NCBI RefSeq assembly: GCF_036321535.1
Contig: NC_087436.1
Location: forward strand, 99,946,001 to 100,010,000
Source of the DNA: Camelus dromedarius
Taxonomy: Eukaryota
Direction of reading: 5' to 3'
Length of the DNA: 64,000 bases
The notes beneath the pieces are model-generated. The model was not told where the DNA came from. It did no database searches and saw nothing but the letters and a program-made list of their open reading frames with translations. Every line of letters starts with the position of its first letter. Position 1 is the stretch's first letter. This document shows, piece after piece, positions 12,555 through 24,539 of the stretch. The translations under genes were made by a program, and so were the position numbers.

Positions 12555-14388
12555 TTTTAACATTTTTTATTGATTTATAATCATTTTACAATGTTGTGTC
12601 AAATTCCAGTGTAGAGCACAATTTTTCAGTTATACATGAACATATATATATTCCTTGTCATATTTTTTTCTCTGTGAGCTACCATAAGATCTTGTGTATA
12701 TTTCTCTGTGCTATGCAGTATAATCTCGTTTATCTATTCTACAGTTTTGAAATCCCATCTCTCCCTTCCCACCCTCCGCTCCCTTGGCAACCACAAGTTT
12801 ATATTCTATGTCTATGAGTCTGTTTCTGTTTTGTATTTATGTTTGGTTGTTTGTTTTTTTAGATTCCACATATGAGCAATCTCATATGGTATTTTTCTTT
12901 CTCTTTCTGGCTTACTTCACTTAGAATGACATTCTCCAGGAGCATCCATGTTGCTGCAAATGGCATTATGTTGTCAGTTTTTATGGCTGAGTAGTATTCC
13001 ATTGTATAAATATACCACCTCTTCTTTATCCAGTCATCCGTTGATGGACATTTAGGCTGTCTCCATGTCTTAGCTATTGTAAATAGTGCTGCTATGAACA
13101 CCGGGATGCAGGGGTCTTTTTGGAGTAGGGTTCCTTCTGGATATATGCCCAGGAGTGGGATTCCTGGGTCATACGGTAAGTCTATTCCTAGTCTTTTGAG
13201 GAATCTCCTTACTGTTTTCCACAGTGGCTGCACCAAACTGTATTCCCAACCAGTGTAGGAGGGTTCTCCTTTCTCCACAGCCTCTTCAGCATTTGTCATT
13301 TGTGGATTTTTGAATGATGACCATTCTGACTGGTGTGAGGTGATACCTCATTGTAGTTTTGATTTGCATTTCTCTGATAACTAGTGATATGGAGCATTTT
13401 TTCATGTCCTTATTGATCAGTTGTATGTCTTCCTTGGAGAATTGCTTGTTTAGGTCTTTTGCCCATTTTTAGATTGGGTTGTTTGGTTGTTTCTTATTAA
13501 GTCGTCTAAGCTGCTTATATATTCTGGAGATCAAGCCTATGTCGGTTTCATTTGCAAAAATTTTCTCCCATTCCGTAGGTTGCTTTTTGTTCTACTTAAG
13601 GTTTCCTTTGCTGTGCAGAAGCTTGTAAGTTTCATTAGGTCCCATTTGTTCATTCTTGCTTTTATTTCTATTGCTTGCATAGACTGTTCTAGAACATTTT
13701 TGAGATGTATGTCAGATAATGTTTTGCCTATATTTTCTTCTAGGAGATTTATTGTATCTTGTCTTATGTTTAAGTCTTTGATCCATTTCGAGTTTATTTT
13801 TGTGTATGGTGTAAGGGAGTGTGCTGGCTTCATTGCTTTACATGCTGCTGTCCAGTTTTCCCAACACCATTTGCTGAAGAGACTGTCTTTATTCCATTGT
13901 ATATTCTTGCCTCCTTTGTCGAAGATGAGTTGACCAAAAGTTTGTGGGTTCATTTCTGGGCTCTCTGTTCTGTTCCATTGCTCTGTATGTCTGTTTTTGT
14001 ACCAATACCATGCTGTCTTGTTGCTTGTAGCTCTATAGTATCGTCTGAAGTCTGGGAGAGTTATTCTTCTAGCCTCTTTCTTTCTCTTCAGTAATGCTTT
14101 GGCAATTCTAGGTCTTTGACAGTTCCATATAAATTTTGTTATGATTTTTTCTAGTTCTGTGAAATATGTCCTGGGTAATTTGATAGGGATTGCATTAAAT
14201 CTGTAGATTGCCTTGGGCAGTGTGACCATTTTAACAATATTGATTCTTCCAAACTAAGAGCCTGGGATATCTTTCCATTTTTTAAGGTCTTTAATTTCCT
14301 TCATCAATGGTTTATAGTTTTCTGTGTATAATTCTTTCACCTCCTTGGTTAGATTTATTCCTAGGTATTTTATTACTTTGGGTGCTAT
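12555..14388 (-). mobile_element. Young 5'-truncated LINE-1 (ORF2 C-terminal half plus 3' UTR)
   Basis: Perfect 17-bp TSD TTTAGGAACACATTTTT at 12538-12554 and 14389-14405, at a TT/AAAA site. ORFs 13537-14229 ([16 protein letters not shown]…WYWYKNR…WCWENW) and 12859-13299 ([13 protein letters not shown]…[12 protein letters not shown]) are ORF2 pieces broken by frameshifts. Confidence 0.97.
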
Positions 14389-16019
14389 TTTAGGAACACA
14401 TTTTTAAAGTATCTATGTAGCCCCCCAAAATCTTAGAGTCTAGAAACACAGCAATTTCCACCACTCCTGCTGCCATATTGCAGTGTCTCTGCTCCCCTGT
14501 GCTTATCTCTGTAACCACATGGCTGTCACTGATGAGCCAATGCATTCTTTTGCAGATAATTCTTGTGGAAAATCCTTGGCCACAACATCCAGAGACCTGT
14601 TTTTTTCCATTAATAGAATGTTACACCACAGCTTTCCGAAATTGTTTTTAGCCATTTTAGCATTTTTATCTATCAACCAAAGTCTCTGTTAATTACATCT
14701 GTTGCATTATGTCAGGGACAAAGTGTCAGCGGAAGATGGGCATGACCCTCAGAGCCTGCAGCCACGTGCTCATGTGTTTCCCTGGTATTTTCCTTTCCAC
14801 CACACTTGGTATGTTTCTAGATATACAGCCTCTATTCATAGAGTTTCCTTGAGGAGTTCTATAGCAACAACTTTATCACCAACTATCTTTTTCAAAGAAA
14901 AAAATGATGCAAGAATTTTACACTTAGTGTGATTCAACACTAAGTTTTTTTCCTCCACTATGCAGTGAATTTTGGTAAAGAAATCATTGCATGAACTCTA
15001 TGTCAATTATTTGGTAGTTAAGATAAATTAATATCTCTAAATGTTGGGTGTGATTTCTTCAAAATTCAAAAAGGCCCACCAGAAATTGACCTTCTTATTA
15101 CATTTTTGGTGGGCCCAAGGCAAGTGATACATTATTCTTTGGAAAGAGTGATTCCATGGTGGTGGCAAGCTAAGAAACAGCCTGGATTCACATTTGGGGT
15201 TGGGCCTTGCCCTTTGCAACAATTATATCCCTTTCTGTATGAAATGTTTTAGATAGGTTTATAATATTTTTATAAAAAGGAAACCAGTTAATTTTCATAT
15301 TAATAATAACACACCTGTCTTTTGCAACAAACTACCTTTCTCTTATGGATTAAACTGCACTGGCATTGCAAAACCAATAGAGAGAACCACTTTTTTCAGA
15401 TCTTAATAAACTTCTGTCAGTCTGGATGAGCCATCTGCTTTTCCAACCTGCCAAATGAGGCCCTTTTAGAAAGAATTAGTTAATTATTAATTCAATTTTC
15501 CCTTTTCTGAAACTACTTTAAGTGTTCACTGAAATATGCCTTTTTGCCTTCAGATGTACTTTATATTGATGAATCCTTAAATGGTTGATACTAACTCTGT
15601 TATACAGAATCCTAGAAAATGAAATTTTTTGTGACATAATTACCACAGAACCATATTACATTGTCCATTTAGTTTTTTAATCTATTTTATGCTCACTGAT
15701 TGAAAATAGATATTTTAAGAGTGAATTTTATATAAGCATATACATATATATGCATTATAATTATGAAAACAGGTTAAAGTTGTATTTTGATAATATAGGA
15801 AAGCTACTGATATTAAAACGTTGAAGTAGGTCCAGGTTTTAAGAACTGGGCTGAGAATCGTTATTATACAATTTGTTCAGTTCACTGAGGTAGCTTACTT
15901 TTAAAAACACAGGACATTTAACCTTTTCATAATTTAAATTGCAATTGGGGGTGAAATAATACCTATAATTACTTAATTGACAATAAGATGGGAACGCAAG
16001 TTAATCAAAGCACTACCAC

Positions 16020-16110
16020 ACCTTTATCTTTAAAAATTCTCACAATCATCAGTGAGGTAGCTCATTAATATGCCAGTTTTGCAGATGAGATTGAAGCTCA
16101 AAGATTGGTT
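16020..16110 (-). mobile_element. MIR relic
   Basis: 'aattctcacaatcatcagtgaggtag…cagttttgcagatgagattgaagctcaaaga' matches the rc MIR core. Confidence 0.6.
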
Positions 16111-16499
16111 TTCTAATATATGCAAATATTTTATTATCTGTAACACTTGAAGTTATTCTCATTATGTGGTAAAGTTTTCAGACATCCCATCACATCTTAC
16201 CCAACCTCTTTTACTCAGATTTCTAGACAGGACAATGGAAGAATTCAAAGACAACTGTTCCCCACCCTTAGGGATAAAAGCACAGGAAACCTAGTGACTT
16301 CTGAGCGTGCTGTGTAGGTGAATGCAGGATGTTGTAAGCTCTGATTACTGTGATTGAATAGTGTAATGTGAGCAGAGTCTCATCTATCAGCAAGTTTAGG
16401 TGGTAGTTCATAAACACCAGCAATCACAATATTATAGGAAAAATCAGTTTAGTAAAAACAATCTTATTACTACCCAGATTTTAAGCAAAAGCTGTATTT

Positions 16500-17460
16500 A
16501 GTCACTGGACATATGATTGTCCTGTCATGTAAGCTACACTGAGGTCAGCAATTTTCATGTTCTTTGTTCATTACTGCATCTTAAGTATCAGACTCTTACA
16601 GAGAGTTCAAATACATTTGTTGGTTGAATTAATGGTTTTGTGCTTAATCAAATGCTATGTTTTTCCTGAATGCTGTACCTGTATGTCCAACACCACCAGA
16701 AACTCTGAGGGGTTAGGATAAAGTATAATATTTAGTCCTAAATATTCTGGAAATTAGGATTTTGTGATTATCTTAAAAGAGTATTTTTTTTAAAGAGGCA
16801 AAAGACAGTTATTGACAGTGCTGTGGAAATTCAGCCATAAGAATGATCATTTTAAATAAAGTGAGATCATGTTATTCTACAAAACCCTGGGATCTTCAGT
16901 TCATTCAGTGTAAGAGCCAAAGTCCTTTAATAGTATCAAGGGCCTGCATAATCTGAATTCCCTATTTGATTTCTGATCTCATCTACTATTCGCCCCTCGT
17001 AACTCCCATTGAAACCTACTGGCCTGTTTTCTATTCCTTGAGCACTGAAACATATTCAGTGCTCAGAGCCTTTGTGCCAGCTGTTCTCCCTTCCTAGAAC
17101 ACTGTTCCCCTCAATAGCCACATGGCCACCTGCTTCACCTCATTCAAGCATTTGCACAAATGTCAAGTTCTCAATGAGACATACCGTGATCACTCAATAT
17201 TAAATTTCTTATCATCTCCCAGACAGTAACTTTCACAGAATCATGTTCTTTTTTCTCTGGTCTTGTTCTTTTATCCTTATAATAATAATAATCATGTCGC
17301 CTCCTAATGTACTATATAATTTACTTGGTAATTATATACATTGTTTCCTCTCTGTCTCTTTCACTAGAATGTAAGCTCTGCAGATTTAGGGATATTTTAT
17401 TTATTGAGGTATTCTAAGCATCTGGAATGGAATCTGACTTTTAGATGGCACATAAAAATA
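16500..17460 (+). mobile_element. L2 LINE relics (3' region)
   Basis: 'ctagaatgtaagctctgcag', 'cagagcctttgtgccagctgttctcccttcctagaacactgttcccc', 'caaatgtcaagttctcaatgaga'. Confidence 0.7.
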
Positions 17461-18613
17461 TAAAATTATTTTTAAATTGATCATTATTTATGATAAAGTT
17501 GTGGAAAATGGCAACAAATTTCAAATATTTCAAACAACTTTCAAATATTTGAAAGTACATTGTTTCTGAAGTTCAAAATGCGTGTTAATACACTAAAGTA
17601 TTCAGCATGTATAATTCATACCTGCCCATTAGTGACCTTATCTTATATTTCTTTGGGAATGTTTCACAGGGTGCATTGCTATCTGCCTGGTAATTGCTCA
17701 CAAAATACATGTCACATTCATTGAATAAATATGTGTGCTGTGTTTCTAACAACTCCAATAAAACAAGCATATTGTAAAATGTCTGATCTGATTGAGCCAG
17801 TCTTTCCTCGTACTCCCATCCAGTGCACTGACAGTGCATCAAAGCACTTGATAGTAGACAAATGGTTTACGTTTCTTGGATCTTAGCAGCATTGCTAATT
17901 ATGCTTACTCAAATCTTCACACATTTTCAGATAATATTACAACTCTGTGAGTTTGACCTAAAGCACTAGAACCAACTCCAAAATTCTGGATGGAACTTTA
18001 TTAAGCTTATGAAAGTTTTTCTAGGGATATCCTACTTTAAAAAAATCTCGCTTATCAGAAATCAGAGAGAATGGGAAAAGGATCTTCAGTGACTTAAGAT
18101 AGCTCTGGGGTTTCCTGGCAAATCCTAATGAGGGGATAGACAGTCTGATGTCAAAATGCCAGTACCTGTTACATTTATCTTACAGCATTTTCCTTTTTAT
18201 TTCAGAGAATTATTGCATATTTAGTCAAAACAAGTAAAAAATTTAATAAAAGCATTAGTTTTATTCCTAATGGATTTCTGTAAGAAAGATCACTATACAT
18301 TACAAGACTACCTTTATTTTACACTATAAAGACTTCGAAGTTCTTGGTATATTTAGTTTATCTACTGGAAATAAAGTTAAACATCATTCCTCTGGTCCTT
18401 CCAAATCATAACTGAATCTTATTGTTTGGGAAACAATGGAATAATATATCATAGGCCACAAATTACTGTGCCAAATCCTAGAGACATCTATTAATAAAAG
18501 ACTTTAAAATTTTCTAGTTTTTTTTATACCTTTAAACAGAGTACAACATATTAAAGGGGAAAATCCAAAAATATTATCACATTTTTAATGTGATATTTCT
18601 TTTGAGACATCAC

Positions 18614-18703
18614 TTATCTTTTAAATTTTTTGATTGAAGTATAGTCAATTTACAACGTGTTAATTTCTGTTATACAGCATAGTGATTTAGTTATATATAT
18701 ATA

Positions 18704-18737
<34 letters not shown>

Positions 18738-18920
18738 CTCCTTCTTATGTTTTTTTCATTATAGGTCATCACTGTGTAGCATAGTTCCCTGTGCTTTACA
18801 GTAGGACACTGTTGTTTATCTATTTTGTATATAGTAGTTAGTGTCTGCAAATCCTGAACTCCCAATTTATCCTCCTATCTCCCTCCCCTCTGGTAACTAT
18901 AAGTTTGTTTTCTATGTCTG
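18614..18920 (-). mobile_element. Short 5'-truncated L1 3' end with an internal (TA)n(TG)n
   Basis: 'ttgattgaagtatagtcaatttacaacgtgttaatttctg…tcccaatttatcc'. Diverged TSD GAGACATCAC/GAGAAATCAC at 18604 and 18921. Confidence 0.85.
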
Positions 18921-19694
18921 GAGAAATCACCTCTTATTTTCCGTATCTCCAAAATTTGGTTCTTTGATTTAGTGACAAAGATCTTCCCTGTGGTAAGACA
19001 GTAAAGGAGGGAGTATGCCTATTCTGCTCACATCACTATCAGATCTTGTTTTAGAAATGAAATATATGACTTTTAAATTGTATGAGCCATTCAATCTTCA
19101 AGAATTGAGGAAAGATTTAACAATAGAAAATGAATTGTCTTCAATTATTTTCTTACCCCCTCCTTCTTGTACATTTAAGTTTTTCAGAATTGATTTTACA
19201 TCATATTACATTATTCTCAAATATCACCTTGTAACAGAGGTTTTCTTTTTTTTTGAACTCTGTATGTAAATAGAATGCCTCATTGCCATCTTTGCTCCTT
19301 ACCATGCTTTATTTTTTTCACTTATTAGCACATGAAATATTGTTTTGTCCATTTTTTAATCATCTGAAACTTTTCTCTTTCCCATTCCAGTCCCAAATGT
19401 CCACTTTATAAGAATTGGGGCTTTTGTTTAGTTCGAGACCATATACCTGACATGGAAGATATTGTGAGGCATGCAGAAGATAAGTAAACATCTGTTGAAT
19501 AGAAGAAGTGTGCAAATACCAATTATATGTAATCAATATTAATTTGTTGCTTATTTTTAAAGATTCAGTAAAGTGTCTTTTTGTAGCAATATTGTAATAT
19601 AGTGAGTGTCCATTATAGGAAAAAATAGTAAATAGATACACTATCATTGATTAAAATTTTGTTATGAAGAACTGAAATCAACATTAAATTAAAA

Positions 19695-20255
19695 TATACC
19701 CCAATGTTCATAGCAACACTATTTACAATAGCCAAGACATGGAAACAACCTAAATGTCCATCCAGATGACTGGATAAAGAAGTTGTGGTATATTTATACA
19801 ATTAAATACTACTCAGCCATCAAAAGAGCAAAATGATGCCATTTGCAGCAACACGGATGGACCTGGAGAATGTCATTCTAAGTGAAGTAAGCCAGAAAGA
19901 GAAAGAAAAATACCATATGATATCACTCATACGTGGAATCTAAAAAAAAAATTAACTTATTTATAAAACAGAAACAGATTCATAGACTATGGTTACCAGG
20001 CGGGAAAGGGGTAGGAAGGGATAAATTGGGAGTTTGAGATTTGTAGATACTTACTGGTATATAGAAAATAGATAAACAAATTTCTACTGTGTAGCACAGG
20101 GAACTATATTTGATATCTTATAGTATCTTATGGTGAAAAAATATGAAAATGAATATACATATATTCATGTATGACTGAAACATTGTGCTGTACACCAGAA
20201 ATTGACACAACATTGTAAACTGACTATACTTCAATTTAAAAAAGTAAAAAAAAAG
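19695..20255 (+). mobile_element. 5'-truncated L1 3' end
   Basis: 'cccaatgttcatagcaacactatttacaatagccaagacatggaaacaacctaaatgtcc' through 'cattgtaaactgactatacttcaatttaaaaaa'. Confidence 0.9.
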
Positions 20256-20559
20256 AATGTAAGTGAATATGTGATACTATGTGAAAATATTTTTTGAATA
20301 AGTCATTTATAAAATACAGGCTTAAGAAATGTTAATAGGGAGAAATTGCTTTCATGAATGAGATTATTTCAAACATTTACACATTTTTATTTGACAATAT
20401 ACATATAAAGAGAATCATATCATTTATCACAGCAACTTTCTACTGCACTATAACAAATCTTGAGAGGACACAACTTCCTTTATGTGGTAAACACTTATGA
20501 AACCTTGCATCTGTTCCTGGATTATAATCTGACTTCTACATAACACATAAGTGTTCACA

Positions 20560-20760
20560 AGCTTTGACTGGATGGTCAGACAGTCTTAACTTGATTCCTT
20601 GCTTTGCCATGTATGAGCTAGTCAGTTTGAGTATGTTACTTAACCCACTTAAATCATGGGCTCTCCATTTGTAAAATTATGTTGGCCTGTCTTTATGGGA
20701 TTGTAATGAGAAATTTAAAATAACACATGTGCATAAATTAGCTCAGTGCCTTATGGAAAA
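20560..20760 (+). mobile_element. MIR relic
   Basis: 'gattccttgctttgcca…agtatgttacttaaccc…ctccatttgtaaaat…ggattgtaatgag…agctcagtgcct'. Confidence 0.6.
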
Positions 20761-22709
20761 TATGTGTATGGAAATATTTGTGTAGATAAATAAGTTTTTC
20801 CTACAACCTTTTTAAAAATATTTACACATACAAATAAAAGTGTGTGTATATGTAATCAATCACTACCTAATTAATCCATGTTTAATTTGGAAATAAATAT
20901 TTTCCTTAGATCTAGCCCATGCCATTACATATATGTTTTGACAAAGAGAAGTTAAACACAATTTGTGTTCTTAACAAAAGACTCTTATTTTTGATGCTTT
21001 TACTACAATACAGCTTAACCTTTTTCCAGCTCTTCAATCAAACAAGGAATCCATTATCTATTCTCAAAGACGTTTAGGATAAATGTGTTAGTTGTGTATG
21101 ATTTATGTTGGATCAAGGCAGAGTCTTTATCTACACAGCTTATTTTATTCTTTGTTGGACAATGATAACCATTTCCTGTTGCTAAAAGCACAACATTTTG
21201 TTTCTCTTTCTTAATGCAATTATCTTACATTCATTGGAGACAAGAAGCGTAACTATTTGAGAGAGCCATTATTTTCTCTTTCTTTGTGCCTAAAGCATAT
21301 AATGTAATCCATACAATGGAAAGGAATTTCAGCAGTGACTATTAAGTATGCTTAACAGAAGATCAGGGAATGAGTAAAAATAAGAAGAAATTACATATCC
21401 ATATAAACAATAAAAACATGAAATGACTATATTCCTATAAACATCTGATTGAACATCAAAGATTAAAATGACTATTACCATACCATGAACTGCTATTTGG
21501 ATTCTGCACACCAAATAATACAGTTATTATTGCAATGATTGGATACATATAAAATAGATATGATTAGCAGCCCTGTTGCTCTTAAGTCATTATCCAAATG
21601 ATGCCTTGATTGTACTTTTCAAGGACCTTGAAAAGAAGGAGTTTTTACATCTGCTGAACAATGTGGTATTTTGTAACAGAACATCTACACTGTATTGCAT
21701 TTGATTTTATTAGCAAAATATAATCAAAAGAAAGACCTTAAATATATTTCATTTCAATACAGCAATTGGATTTAGTCTGTAGTGCAACTAAGTTTCATTG
21801 TCAGTTTTAATTAAGATATTCATATCTAAGTGAAAGGTGAGCCATGGAAATGCCTAACTGCAATAAATACATGTTATATTTGTGATCCAGATGGTATGAG
21901 AAATCATGATTTGTGCCTTGCCACCTCTGTTATACACCCAGTGACAAAACTATAGCAATGACAGATAAAAGAACTCTTTAAATTTAGTACTAACACATTG
22001 GCATGCACAAAACCATTTCCTAGAATAAATTATGCATAATGGTAAGTGGTGTTGAAGCTGTGGTTTTTTGGGTTTTAGGTTCATAAGGAGTTAGATATGA
22101 CCTGAAGATCCACTCATCCACTGTAGCTGGATAATAGAATAAAATTGCCTCAAGTTGATTACAACAATGAAGCCAGAATCACCACACAATAAAAGATATA
22201 TGAGTTGGAGGTCCCACTACCCAAATATATATGGCAGTGGATCCTCCTCATATATATATGCATACAGTAGTCTTTATATATGTAAAGCAGAAGTCTTATG
22301 ACATGGCTTAAATATATCAACATACGCTTCACAACAGGTCAGGTGCTACGTCTTAAAACACCTTAGTGATTATATTTACTATATCCCCAGTGTTTCTGAA
22401 AAAACATTTTTGTGGTAGATGAAAGTAAACATTCCTCAAATCTTCTATAATGAATGACTGGAAAATTGGATGTATGTGTTTATGTGTGTGTCTTATTTTT
22501 TAAATTTTCCCCCACAAGACCCTTCAAATTAAATTGCAAAATACATGTATTAGTTAGTCATGCTTTCCACAATATAAAATGTTTAAAGTTTACAGTAAGG
22601 TTTCTTCTGGGACTTATAATTCCAGCCATTGACAAGAGGTGTAAAAAGCACAGTAAAATGGGTATTGAAAGTTGTTATGGAATAGTGTCACTTCTACCCA
22701 CAATCCATT

Positions 22710-23268
22710 TGAGACAGGGAGGAAGGGGGGGCAGGGCACAGCCATTAAAAGAATGACATAGTAATTAGCAACAAGATGATGGAAAATTCAACTCCCAATA
22801 GACCTTAAGGCCCAACATGGTGGGAGATTTGACTTCCAGTAGACCTTGAGCATTATATGCTTGCTCAGTGTAATATATTAGCACGGGAAATGGCACTCCT
22901 ACAGGCACCGTGACAGTTTCCAAGGCTAAGCATCAAAGGTCAAAAAGAGGGTTTCAGCCCAATTCATGGGAATCCCAGCCCCTCCCCCAAGTAGTTGGAA
23001 TAATCCTCCCACTTGTTAGTATATGAAGTAACCGAGCCCTTAAGAACTAACAACTCCACACCTCGTGGCCTCTCTGGCCTTTTGAGGTGGCCTACACTCG
23101 GTCTATGCAGTGCATTCTCTGAATAAATCTACTTTTACTCAACTGTGGCTCACTCTTGAATTCCTTCCTGCATGAAGCCATGGACCCTCGCTTGACAGGG
23201 TGTGTCCCAGGGGACTTGCCTGGGACCTGGGACATGGCCATCTTCTCATGTCCCGTTTTCCTGTATCA
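22710..23268 (+). mobile_element. Solo ERV1-class LTR (559 bp)
   Basis: TG…CA termini, 4-bp TSD CATT (22706-22709 and 23269-23272), AATAAA at 23122. GC-richer than its flanks. Confidence 0.9.
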
Positions 23269-24539
23269 CATTGGCTAGAATTCAGCAATAAATAACAGAA
23301 AAGAGAGAGAAATGTAACATAGCTTGTTATTTAAAAAAAAAAAAAAGTGTGGGTTTCAGGGAGCAGCTGGAAGTCTCTGTAACAACTAGCTAAAAAATTA
23401 CTACAAACAAAAATTGCCTACAAAATCTGTTTTCAACACATAAATTGAATCCAGATGAAATAAAAATGATGGAGTGTCCTGGAAAGTGAACCTAAATAAA
23501 TAAACAAGCATTTTGTATCCTATCTTGAAGATAGATATTCTACACACAAAAAAATGCAATTGGGAGGTTTTTTTTTTTATTCTTAAACAGAAAAAAAAAT
23601 GTAATATATGTTAACCTAAAGACTTATGCAATTTTCTAAAACCTGACTGGAACATAATAAAATCTCTATACAAATAATGAATTATAACATGAAGAAGTAA
23701 TCTTTAATATGTTGTTCCTCATTACCAGAAAATGAATAAAATAGTACTTATCACACTTTTTAAAATATCTACCCAACATTCTACTACTTGAACAGTTGTT
23801 ACTTGAATGATAACTTGAGACTATTTTTTGAACAATATTTTTTCTAAATGTTTCTGTATAATGAATGCCATCACTATTCTGTATGACATAGATTATTTTC
23901 TATATACATCTAATTATTATGGTAGAGAAGAAAATACTTAATTCTATAAACTAAAGATAACCTTAGAATCACAGGTTAAAATATTACACATTAACTCTAG
24001 ACTATGATTATTTAATATAAATTTTTTTTCAAATGTGTATGCTTTAAATTGCATGTATTATCTGGAAAGTCTCAATCCATCACTTAGAATGACCTAAGAA
24101 AACAATAAAAGAAAATCAAATGAGGGTTATTAAATTGCAGTCATATTTAGAAAGCTAGAAAAAGACAAATGAGTTCCTTAAAAAAAATTCAGAATGAAGA
24201 TTTACACTGTTTTTCATAAGGATATTTTAGGCCTAAAATGATTTAAAGAGGATAAAAAAAATTTACAGATCAAGAATATCATCATTTAAAAATAACTGAG
24301 TCTTTGATATCAGTACAAGAAACAGCTTTCACAACTCATCAAAGAGCTTGGAACCACAAGGTAACAAAACTGCACGGTACCATTAGATATTTAAAATTCA
24401 TTACGTTTGTCAGGTTTTTTTGCTTTAATAATTAATCAGAGATTCACCCTTTAGGTTTAGTGGGGCTGTTCTATAAAAACATCTCCATAAAGCACTTAGC
24501 AATCTTCCCAGAAACCTGTATGAAACTTCAGAGTTATTT

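Noticed and set aside
13487..14094. Plus-strand ORFs of 148 and 91 aa
   Set aside because: Antisense to L1 ORF2.
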